Shown here: piece after piece, positions 56,836-64,000 of the stretch
Position numbering within the stretch: position 1 is the first letter of the stretch
Layout of the letters: each line of letters starts with the position of its first letter
DNA from: a virus
Strand: one strand, 5' to 3'
Length of the DNA: 64,000 bases
Virus record (IMG/VR): IMGVR_UViG_3300031251_000003
Coordinates: 64,001-128,000 of that record
Program-made: the position numbers and the translations under genes
The notes under the pieces: generated by a model
Databases searched by the model: none
What the model was told of the DNA's origin: nothing
The model's input: the letters and a program-made list of their open reading frames with translations, nothing else

Positions 56836-57167
56836 TTAGACACCAGGGTTTCAGAGCAAAGCGGTAGCTCCGAGCGCTCTTATGAGATCTTGGGTGTTGT
56901 GACGGAAAAGTGCCTATCTTGCTTCCGCAAAGCGGTGAGCTAGGTATTGAACGTATAAGCGGCGAAAGCTCTGGGCAACCGGAGCCGGTAGCAGCCGAAG
57001 TAAAGGAATCGAAACCAGCGGCTTAGCGGCTGAGGGACTAGGTTCTGGGCGGGGGTTGTACCTCGTACAGTGGTGGCTCGACAGGGCAGCGGAAGTAGAA
57101 GAGAAACCATATGACAAGGTAGCTTGCCTCTTCTTGCGGGATACCAAGACCCGCCAACACAGTCTAA
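56836..57167 (+). ncRNA. large orphan structured RNA
   Basis: Ends pair; long-range complements; GNRA hairpins. Confidence 0.55.
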
Positions 57168-57207
57168 ATCTTGGGGATGTTTGGGTAAAACTGAGCATCC
57201 CCACCAA

Positions 57208-57283
57208 CCTTCAGTAGCTCAACGGTAGAGCGGTACGCTGTATGGAAGCGTTCGGGTTGCGAGTTCAATTCTCGTCTGAGGGT
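57208..57283 (+). ncRNA. tRNA-like RNA with enlarged anticodon arm
   Basis: Canonical D, T and acceptor; 4 extra nt in anticodon arm. Confidence 0.65.
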
Positions 57284-57348
57284 CTTCTCGCTCGACACTC
57301 CCCTCCTAGGCCAATGATCTAGCCCGTGGGAAAGTGCGGCGAGTTCTA

Positions 57349-57421
57349 GCCAGCCTCGTATAACGGCATATTACACCGCACTTGTAATGCGGGTATTTCG
57401 GTTCAATTCCGAAGGTTGGCT
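57349..57421 (+). tRNA. tRNA-Thr(UGU)
   Basis: Cloverleaf. Confidence 0.88.
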
Positions 57422-57526
57422 CTCGTGTGTGGAAATGAAACTATGTGACGAGCGCGTTCCGGCATAGAAGTAGTGGCCTTTCTGGGTTCGAGTCCCAGCA
57501 CCGATTTATCAAAACAAGGAGGCACT

Positions 57527-57880
57527 TTGCTGAAATGGCTAAAGTTGCCGATACTAACTGTACTAATCCTAAGTAGTTTGGGAAATCTCAGGACAAACGG
57601 CGCTAAAGCTGTCTCAGTTCGTAGTCTCACTGTTTTAGAGACTGCCTATTGTCTTAGGGGAACTATGGCCAACGGCCACTATGTTCACCCTGGGGCAATA
57701 GCGGTTGATCCAAGAGTTATTCCTATGGGATCTCGTATCTTTGTCCCCGGCTATGGTTGGGGAACAGCAGAGGATACGGGTGGTGCAATTATCGGCTATC
57801 ATATCGATGTATGGATGAGCGATTGCTCACAAGCTATGAGATCTACCCGATGGAATGTACGGATCAAAATTTCACGTTGA
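57527..57880 (+). CDS. secreted 3D-domain (MltA-like) cell-wall protein
   Basis: TAY..AVDPRVIPMGS..AEDTGGAI..IDVW; RBS AAGGAGG. Confidence 0.88.
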   Translation: MLKWLKLPILTVLILSSLGNLRTNGAKAVSVRSLTVLETAYCLRGTMANGHYVHPGAIAVDPRVIPMGSRIFVPGYGWGTAEDTGGAIIGYHIDVWMSDCSQAMRSTRWNVRIKISR

Positions 57881-58017
57881 GTGGGAAGGTAACAAATATA
57901 GGTGGCATTTGGGGCCAAATGGCTATGCCGAAATTACTAGAAGAGTTAGCTAAATGTGATGTTGTTTGTGCTAACTGCCATCTTCGTAGACATCATTCCG
58001 CGTTGTTCGTAGACTAA
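57880..58017 (+). pseudogene. HNH endonuclease C-terminal remnant
   Basis: EELAKCDVVCANCHLRRH, no N-terminal half. Confidence 0.75.
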
Positions 58018-58076
58018 TTGGTTAAGTCCCTACCCTGTGAAGGTAGCCTATACGGGTTCGAATCCCGCCGAACAAC
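58002..58076 (+). tRNA. tRNA-His(GUG)
   Basis: G-1:C73; CTACC-CTGTGAA-GGTAG. Confidence 0.85.
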
Positions 58077-58143
58077 TCAAGGGGATCTCCTTGATATGCC
58101 GTGGTTCGTCGGTTACGAATTCTTGGAGCAAGATCCCCTCCAT

Positions 58144-58257
58144 GCAGCAGTCGCTTAAGTGGGAAAGCACCTACTGATAAAGAAGTCTCCATGGTTATAG
58201 ACCGGTCAAACGGTGGAGATTTGTAGGAGATCATTGGTTCGAATCCAGTCTGTTGTT
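58144..58257 (+). ncRNA. tRNA-like RNA with large insertion in anticodon arm
   Basis: Acceptor, D and T arms canonical; CCTAC/GTAGG enclose ~48 nt. Confidence 0.7.
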
Positions 58258-58261
58258 CTTT

Positions 58262-58336
58262 GAGAGATTAGCATAATTGGACTAATGTTCCAGGTTGTGA
58301 TCCTGGCTAATTTCGGTTCGAATCCGAAATCTCTCT
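58262..58336 (+). tRNA. tRNA-His(GUG)
   Basis: CCAGG-TTGTGAT-CCTGG. Confidence 0.78.
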
Positions 58337-58429
58337 TGCCTTGATAACCCCAGTCGCTTCGGCGGCTCCGAGATAGGCACGGAATGAAACAGACCATTGG
58401 GAGCAGATGGCTTTAGCCGATCTGTTTTC

Positions 58430-58502
58430 GCCTGAGTAGTGATAACGGTCAGCACACATCCTTGGTAAGGATGGAGTTTGGGTTCGATTCCCAGCTTGGG
58501 CT
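58430..58502 (+). tRNA. tRNA-Thr(GGU)
   Basis: Cloverleaf. Confidence 0.9.
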
Positions 58503-58503
58503 T

Positions 58504-58635
58504 ATGAGTAACTTCAAACGCAAGAAATCAAGACGTTCGGTAAAGTGTACCATGTGTACACCATTTAGATGGTTAGGAAATACCAAAGAACGGCGACCCT
58601 TTAAAGACCGTCGCCAACTTCAGAAGGAGGAATAG
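58504..58635 (+). CDS. 43-aa basic CxxC peptide
   Basis: MSNFKRKKSRRSVKCTMCTPFRWLGN... Confidence 0.55.
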   Translation: MSNFKRKKSRRSVKCTMCTPFRWLGNTKERRPFKDRRQLQKEE

Positions 58636-58637
58636 CA

Positions 58638-59366
58638 TTGGCAGCAGTTGATCAGGCAATCTATGTTATCATCGATGGCAGTGGCTCGATGAGTAGCGTG
58701 AAGCATGATGTAGTCAAGGGCATTAACGATTTCATTACGGAACAGCAGGACGACATCAAGGGCACACAGGATGTTGTGTTGTTTTCTCTGACATCCTTTG
58801 ACACGAATGTCCAGGAAATCTACGTGAGAGAGAATCTAGAGCTAGTCAATCCTGTCTCTTTGAAGGATACTTACTTGGGCGGTGGTACATCTCTTCTAGA
58901 TGCTATTGGCCGTACACTGACTAAGGCTGAGGATGAACAGGCTGATCGTAACATCGTCGTGATCTATACCGATGGTGGCGAGAATTCAAGTCATGAGTTC
59001 ACTAAGACTCAGGTTGGTGATTTGATCGACAAGCTGACTGGTACAGGAGATTGGCAGATCATCTATCTCGGTGCTGAGTTTGCCGACTTCGCAGAAGATC
59101 GTCAGGGCTTTGGTGCTATTGCTGGTGCCGCAGCGGGTGGTACCTTTACTGGTATGAACACGTCGAAGAATGATGTTGGTGCCACGTTCTCTAACCTGTC
59201 CCAGACATCCATCTATTACAGAGGGATGCACACCAATTCTGCTAAGAATCTTGTTGCTCGCGGTGGAGTCGTGGCCGCAGCAGCGGAGGATATTGGCCTT
59301 ACCTGGAACGAGGATGACACAACGGTTATTCCGGCCGATGTAGTGGAACCTAAGAAGAAAGCCTAG
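58638..59366 (+). CDS. von Willebrand factor A domain protein
   Basis: MIDAS DGSGSM, GGTSLLDAIG, YTDGGENSS, YLGA. Confidence 0.9.
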   Translation: MAAVDQAIYVIIDGSGSMSSVKHDVVKGINDFITEQQDDIKGTQDVVLFSLTSFDTNVQEIYVRENLELVNPVSLKDTYLGGGTSLLDAIGRTLTKAEDEQADRNIVVIYTDGGENSSHEFTKTQVGDLIDKLTGTGDWQIIYLGAEFADFAEDRQGFGAIAGAAAGGTFTGMNTSKNDVGATFSNLSQTSIYYRGMHTNSAKNLVARGGVVAAAAEDIGLTWNEDDTTVIPADVVEPKKKA

Positions 59367-59407
59367 GGGAGAGGACGCCATCTGCTCTCTAAAAAATGAT
59401 GGCACTA

Positions 59408-59478
59408 GCCAGTTTAGTATAGTGGGAATACTCGCCTTTCGTAAGGGCGAAACTAGGGTTCGATTCCCTAATCTGGCT
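59408..59478 (+). tRNA. tRNA-Thr(CGU)
   Basis: Cloverleaf. Confidence 0.85.
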
Positions 59479-59514
59479 CTGCTTATCAGGCGCGTCCCGG
59501 TAGCTCCGGGTTAA

Positions 59515-59586
59515 GAGCGTGTAGTTCAGCGGGAGAACGTCTGGGTGACAACCAGAAGATCGTAGGTTCGATTCCTACCATGCTCA
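59515..59586 (+). tRNA. tRNA-Val(GAC)
   Basis: Cloverleaf. Confidence 0.88.
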
Positions 59587-59654
59587 TACGGCCCTTGTGG
59601 GGTCCAAAACAATACAAATTCTATTTAGATCTGAAAGGGATAAGGTGAATAGAT

Positions 59655-59843
59655 ATGAAGACTCGTTGGATGATTATTCCGACCGTGGTGGCCCTTTTAG
59701 GTATGATTGTTGTGTTCGTAGTCGGGTATCTTACTTACGGTATTTGGGCCGGTTTCTTTGTTTCTATTCTTTTCGGAGTTATTAGCTTGATTCTTCTCAT
59801 CTGGGCTGCTATAATGGATGGAGAAGATAATACGCATGTATAG
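59655..59843 (+). CDS. small membrane protein
   Basis: Two TM segments. Confidence 0.6.
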   Translation: MKTRWMIIPTVVALLGMIVVFVVGYLTYGIWAGFFVSILFGVISLILLIWAAIMDGEDNTHV

Positions 59844-59906
59844 CAAAGTTGGTATTGCGCTTCCTTGCCATGGAAGAGGCCACGAGTTCGAGTCTCGTTA
59901 CATGCT
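59834..59906 (+). tRNA. tRNA-Gly(GCC)
   Basis: Cloverleaf. Confidence 0.88.
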
Positions 59907-59910
59907 TTAC

Positions 59911-59982
59911 GCACCAGTAATGTAGTGGTTAACATGACAGTCTTCCAAACTGTATACCAGAGTTCGAATCTCTGTTGGTGCA
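59911..59982 (+). tRNA. tRNA-Gly(UCC)
   Basis: Cloverleaf. Confidence 0.88.
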
Positions 59983-59986
59983 TCGT

Positions 59987-60059
59987 TGCTCCGTAGATTA
60001 GAGGACAAATCACTTCCCTGCGAAGGAAGAAATCACGAGTTCGAATCTCGTCGGGGCTA
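59987..60059 (+). tRNA. tRNA-Arg(GCG)
   Basis: CTTCC-CTGCGAA-GGAAG. Confidence 0.85.
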
Positions 60060-60097
60060 TAGTTCAGCTAACACCGATTTATGATATAATAGGTATC

Positions 60098-60422
60098 TCA
60101 GTAGATGGACATACGCTGCATCGTGTATCTATCGGTGTAGAGGAAGTTCGGGACATCCTTCTAGGGGAGCCAAGGAACCTAGAGAAAAACGTGCGGCAGT
60201 AGTGGGAGTCAGGTGCATTGGGTAAACCTTCGGGCATAATGCGGTGCTATCACCCTCCTGACGCCTTACCACGAGAATCGGCGGGATGCGATCACAAGCA
60301 GATACATCAGCTACGATGATATCGGGTAGTGAGCAGCCCTTCGGGGCCAGGGATTGAACAGACCCTGAGATAGATGTATGTCGCCCTTGACAGGGTACAA
60401 AATTCCGGCTATAATCTACTGA
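60098..60422 (+). ncRNA. rnpB: RNase P RNA
   Basis: P1 TCAGTAGAT/ATCTACTGA, P2 GACATAC/GTATGTC, P4 GAGGAAGTTCGGG and ACAAAATTCCGGCTAT; TATAAT just upstream. Confidence 0.85.
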
Positions 60423-60432
60423 AGCAATGTAC

Positions 60433-60504
60433 GGCGATAAGCCTGCGGTGGGCAACTTCTCTCATAAGGAAGTCTGAGGTAAGGTTCGATTCCTACTATC
60501 GCTA
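60433..60504 (+). tRNA. tRNA-Met(CAU)
   Basis: CTTCT-CTCATAA-GGAAG. Confidence 0.75.
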
Positions 60505-60506
60505 CT

Positions 60507-60767
60507 ATGAGCAAACACAACAAAACCAAGATCGAAAAGGTACTAAGGAACGAAGTCAACGTACTACGTTTCAAGCCGAAGACAGATCCTAAGGACTCTA
60601 AGCCAGAGAAGAAGATCGGCAAGTTCGCTAACTGGTGTCGTCTTCAGGGTCATCCTGCAACGTGCGGGTGTGCCTATAGCAAGATCGAAATCTCGGCTAA
60701 GAACCATCCAGTTAGTAATGGAGACTGTGTTAACGGCAGAGACTGCCCTAACCACCCGAGAAGGTAG
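60507..60767 (+). CDS. small basic Cys/His protein
   Basis: 86-aa ORF starting 2 nt after tRNA. Confidence 0.55.
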   Translation: MSKHNKTKIEKVLRNEVNVLRFKPKTDPKDSKPEKKIGKFANWCRLQGHPATCGCAYSKIEISAKNHPVSNGDCVNGRDCPNHPRR

Positions 60768-60781
60768 TGTACCCAATCTAA

Positions 60782-60853
60782 TCCCTTGTAGGTTAGAGGA
60801 TAAACCAGTGGTTTCCTAAACCACAATCCCGAGTTCGAGTCTCGGCAGGGGGA
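60782..60853 (+). tRNA. tRNA-Arg(CCU)
   Basis: Cloverleaf. Confidence 0.88.
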
Positions 60854-60855
60854 CT

Positions 60856-61056
60856 ATGAAAAGAAAACTAAAGTGCAGCACTTGTGGCACCACGACAAAT
60901 ACAGCTACAGGGAAGCCTTTGTATCTGTTAGGTTCCAGTGATGCGTCTCTAATGCTTCTTCCCGCTGAGATAGAATGTTGGGAATGTGGGGAGAAGAGAC
61001 GCGATGCCGATCAGAAGAGAAAGACCTTAGATCGGTACGCTAAGGCAAAATCTTAG
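60856..61056 (+). CDS. small Zn-ribbon protein
   Basis: CSTC..CWEC. Confidence 0.65.
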   Translation: MKRKLKCSTCGTTTNTATGKPLYLLGSSDASLMLLPAEIECWECGEKRRDADQKRKTLDRYAKAKS

Positions 61057-61070
61057 AATACGGTAAATCC

Positions 61071-61109
61071 AGCCCGGATGAGAGAAAATCTCATCCGGGC
61101 TTTCCTTTT
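61071..61109 (+). terminator. terminator closing the RNA array
   Basis: AGCCCGGATGAGA-GAAAA-TCTCATCCGGGCT-TTCCTTTT. Confidence 0.85.
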
Positions 61110-61315
61110 GTGGAAAATGGAAAATACGAGTGCGTAATTAAGGAGAGTACCTTTTGTTTAGTTAAAGTGAGGTCGGGATATGTTAGGTGTGTTAGCTTAT
61201 GATTGTGTACAGTGGGCTTGGGTACTGCTTCTTCCTTTCTGGTTAAGTGGGTATGGTGTGGGGTACTGGTTGGGTAGTAAAAAGCGCAAAGAGCGAAAGA
61301 GGACGAGAAACAATA

Positions 61316-61513
61316 ATGTCAAAGGCAGATAGATTTATTCGCAATTCGTTGTTAATTGTTATGCTCGTTCTATGGCTTGCTTCGGCGGTAGATGCTTTCC
61401 TAACCCAGAACTTTACAGGACTAGCATTAATAACGACAGCCGTAACAACCTTAGGAGGAATTTATCTAGGGTTCCAAGGCGGCAAGAAGGATGACAACAA
61501 AAATGACAAATAA
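61316..61513 (+). CDS. small membrane protein
   Basis: Two TM segments. Confidence 0.6.
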   Translation: MSKADRFIRNSLLIVMLVLWLASAVDAFLTQNFTGLALITTAVTTLGGIYLGFQGGKKDDNKNDK

Positions 61514-61907
61514 AGCAAAGAGATGGTATAGGGGTGTTGATAAGATTGCGCTTCTCATCATGATCGTGGCCGCTGCTGGTTTCTTGATTTTGTATTTCAG
61601 GACTACTAACCTGAATTCAGATATTAAGAATACACAGAAGAATCAAACGGCTTTGGTCAAGAAGCAGGCCACTTTAACAAGGTGTATAACCTCGTGGGCT
61701 AATGAGTTTGGTGATCGATCTATCATTCTAAGTGATCTTAGTGTCGATAGACAACAGAAGTTGGATGCATTGATCAGATCCGTAGCGACTGGCAAGGCTG
61801 ATATCTTCAAGGCAAAGCTTGCTGATTACATTCACTCTTCGAATGTATACAACACGGCAGCTAAGAAGCATCCGATCCCTTCACCACCGAAGATAGCGTG
61901 TAAGTAA
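61491..61907 (+). CDS. membrane-anchored coiled-coil protein
   Basis: N-terminal TM segment. Confidence 0.65.
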   Translation: MTTKMTNKAKRWYRGVDKIALLIMIVAAAGFLILYFRTTNLNSDIKNTQKNQTALVKKQATLTRCITSWANEFGDRSIILSDLSVDRQQKLDALIRSVATGKADIFKAKLADYIHSSNVYNTAAKKHPIPSPPKIACK

Positions 61908-61915
61908 TAGATGTA

Positions 61916-62275
61916 ATGATCAATATTAGTCTTCATACCCTAGACCTGTTAAGGTTCGCGGGCCTGTTTGAGATTTTCTTCTCGATAGGGTTTGTCTTGG
62001 CTTCTGTTAACAAGGTTGCAGATACTTACAAATTCCCGGTGTATATTTGGGGAATGACTTTTTCTTATGTGCTGTTCGCTCTTGGTGGAGCTTCAGAAAT
62101 ACTCGTAGGATTGGGTCATTCCTTTGATATGATCACCATTTTTGCCATAGTAGGTGCGACGATTTCTATGGCGACTCAGTTGTATACCTTATTCCTCTTG
62201 GAGTCAGAACCTAGGCGGATCACTTCTTTAACCAGTTTCAGAAAGTATAGACCTGAGAGAGTAAGAATAAGATAG
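61916..62275 (+). CDS. membrane protein
   Basis: Three TM segments. Confidence 0.6.
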   Translation: MINISLHTLDLLRFAGLFEIFFSIGFVLASVNKVADTYKFPVYIWGMTFSYVLFALGGASEILVGLGHSFDMITIFAIVGATISMATQLYTLFLLESEPRRITSLTSFRKYRPERVRIR

Positions 62276-62315
62276 CCCTTGCACTGATGCCCTATTTGTG
62301 GTATCATTGTGGTAG

Positions 62316-62621
62316 ATGATCAGCAGGGTTGAGAAAGTAAAAAAGACATCGGCTAATGCGGTTCCACGCTTAGAGGTATATGTCTCCAACTTAACACCTT
62401 CTCCCCTGCCGATCATCGAGCATTTTTCAATGCTTGATGACTCTGAGGCGGCTGAAGAGGATCTAGTGGCCTCGCTCTTGGCCGTTATTGGTTATTCGGC
62501 TCAATCTTTGGAGCTTGGTCGGAACAAAGAACAGATCATCAAACACTTAAGATCAGAGCAGCAGCGGATTCAAATTAAGTATAAGTGTGCGTACATGCGG
62601 CTGGGTTTTGGCGGCTCCTAA
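62316..62621 (+). CDS. hypothetical protein
   Basis: TTGCAC-17-TATCAT just upstream. Confidence 0.55.
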   Translation: MISRVEKVKKTSANAVPRLEVYVSNLTPSPLPIIEHFSMLDDSEAAEEDLVASLLAVIGYSAQSLELGRNKEQIIKHLRSEQQRIQIKYKCAYMRLGFGGS

Positions 62622-62655
62622 TAAGAGATAACTGAAGATACGGAGTAAAATTTGA

Positions 62656-64000
62656 ATGGATGAAACTTTCTTTCCCTCAGGATTGGGGGATATTATTTTT
62701 AGGGACAGATACGCACGAAGTCCTGAAGAGACGTGGGAAGAGGCGTGTCATAGAGTCGCTAGTCATGTTGCCCAAGCCGAAGAAAACGGCAGGGTAAAGA
62801 AGTACACCGAGAGGTTTTACCAGCAGCTTGTTTCCGGGCATTTTAGCCCTGGTGGACGTATTTGGTATGGCGCTGGAAGACCTAAGGCACAGCTTTGTAA
62901 TTGTTTTGTTATACCATCCGGTGACTCCCGAGAAGCATGGGGTAAAACTGCATCAGATACCATCGTTGTCAGTGGCCTTATGGGTGGAGTGGGTATTAAC
63001 CTTTCTCCGATTCGTGGTCGTGGCTTCGCTATTAAGGGAACGGGCGGTGTAGCTACTGGTGCTGTTTCGTATGGTCAGTTGATCAACGGTATTGGTGACA
63101 TCATCGTTGGTGGTGGTGGTCGCAGAATGGCCCTCATGCTTGCGTTGGCTTTGAACCATCCAGATATCGAAGAGTTTCTTGAAGTGAAGCTCGACAAAGA
63201 AGAGCTTAACAACGCTAATATTTCGCTCATCATCCCCGATAATCTACCGACCGATAAGTTTGTAGAGATGGTAAGAGGTAATGAAGAGATTGAGCTTGAG
63301 TTCAACGGTGTTCCCACCGGTAAGACTATCAGAGCTAAGTGGCTATGGGACAAGCTGGTCGAAAATGCCTACAAGTCGGGTGAACCGGGTGTTCTTAACG
63401 GGTACCTGGCCAATAGGCAGAACAATATTTGGTATTACAAGGCTCTTGAATGCACTAACCCATGTGGAGAGATCTGGCTAGAGCCGTACGGAGTTTGTGA
63501 CCTTGGTGCCTTGGTGCTCCCTAGGTTCGTGGAAGAGGGCCAGTTCAATTGGGATCGATTGGAGGAATCTATTCGTCTTGGTGTTCGATTCCTTGATGAT
63601 GTTCTCACCGTGAACCATTATCCTCTCCCCGAGATCAAGGAGAACAGTGATAACGTTCGACGCCTTGGTATGGGAGTCATGGGTCTTCACACAATGCTTT
63701 TAGAAATGGGTCTAACCTATGATTCAGAGGCTTCTTTTGCGTTTGTGGATCACTTATTTGACGTGATCAAGAACACCGCTTATGATACCTCTATCAATCT
63801 TGCTATTGAACGTGGCCCCTTCCCGGCCTACGATCCTAAGTTTCTTGAAGGTCAGTTCGTCAAGGGACTGAAGCGGGGTATCCGTAACAAGATTAAGGAG
63901 TACGGTATCAGGAACTGTGCTTTAATGACTATTGCTCCTACGGGAACGACATCATTAGTAGCCGGTGTATCCTCTGGCATCGAGCCAATTCCTTCTCCCG
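62656..64000 (+). CDS. nrdJ: ribonucleotide reductase large subunit, probably class II (NrdJ); runs off window
   Basis: Hand translation: FSPGGR, LCNCFV, GGVG, TNPCGE, CDLG, RRLGMG, RNCALMTIAPTGT..SSGIEP. Confidence 0.88.
   Translation, partial: MDETFFPSGLGDIIFRDRYARSPEETWEEACHRVASHVAQAEENGRVKKYTERFYQQLVSGHFSPGGRIWYGAGRPKAQLCNCFVIPSGDSREAWGKTASDTIVVSGLMGGVGINLSPIRGRGFAIKGTGGVATGAVSYGQLINGIGDIIVGGGGRRMALMLALALNHPDIEEFLEVKLDKEELNNANISLIIPDNLPTDKFVEMVRGNEEIELEFNGVPTGKTIRAKWLWDKLVENAYKSGEPGVLNGYLANRQNNIWYYKALECTNPCGEIWLEPYGVCDLGALVLPRFVEEGQFNWDRLEESIRLGVRFLDDVLTVNHYPLPEIKENSDNVRRLGMGVMGLHTMLLEMGLTYDSEASFAFVDHLFDVIKNTAYDTSINLAIERGPFPAYDPKFLEGQFVKGLKRGIRNKIKEYGIRNCALMTIAPTGTTSLVAGVSSGIEPIPSP

Noticed and set aside
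56941-57130. Short 16S rRNA-like words (ATTGAACG, ACAAGGTAGC; also GGCTAACTC near 43688)
   Set aside because: Matches of 8-10 nt without collinear context; chance level.
42357-60622. ORF-track entries overlapping tRNAs and ncRNAs (e.g. 43935, 54606, 56914, 60129)
   Set aside because: They overlap structured RNA genes and lack RBS or protein-like features.
42276-60853. HDV-like theta ribozymes at tRNA 3' ends
   Set aside because: I could not build the nested double pseudoknot by eye in the tRNA trailers I examined; a motif search is needed to exclude it.
1-64000. CRISPR array, integrase or IS element
   Set aside because: No regularly spaced repeats, recombinase or transposase motifs seen.

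Overview
This is a 64-kb slice of a large myovirus (contractile-tail phage) genome. The host is probably an actinobacterium; this is an inference from leaderless sigma70-type transcripts, an Rv2179c-like RNase and the rRNA/tmRNA sequence flavour. Layout: (1) a structural gene and an amidase endolysin; (2) a leftward accessory block (~1.4-17 kb) with Nif3-like, ArdC-like, HNH-RNA ligase fusion, DNA ligase, HD hydrolase, DEDD exoribonuclease, GNAT, rIIA/rIIB and a cyclic-phosphate receiver domain; (3) a tail/baseplate module (17-37.4 kb) with a -1 frameshifted chaperone; (4) a SNF2-like helicase, a kinase and a holin; (5) an ~18.6-kb RNA array (42.2-60.9 kb); (6) the 5' part of a ribonucleotide reductase. 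The RNA array is the standout. It holds 45 canonical tRNAs covering all 20 amino acids (none encodes CCA), a tmRNA, an RNase P RNA, a sigma factor and a stand-alone ribosomal protein uS12 changed at K42, K87 and P90. Interleaved with these are many orphan structured RNAs: a near-exact copy of the 23S rRNA GTPase-associated centre (H43-H44) split by a 143-nt insert, eight NCCA-terminated minihelix-like hairpins, a five-copy covarying RNA motif and about ten aberrant tRNA mimics. Together they suggest an undescribed phage toolkit that mimics or remodels the translation apparatus. All calls were made by eye without database searches, so RNA boundaries may be off by a few nucleotides.
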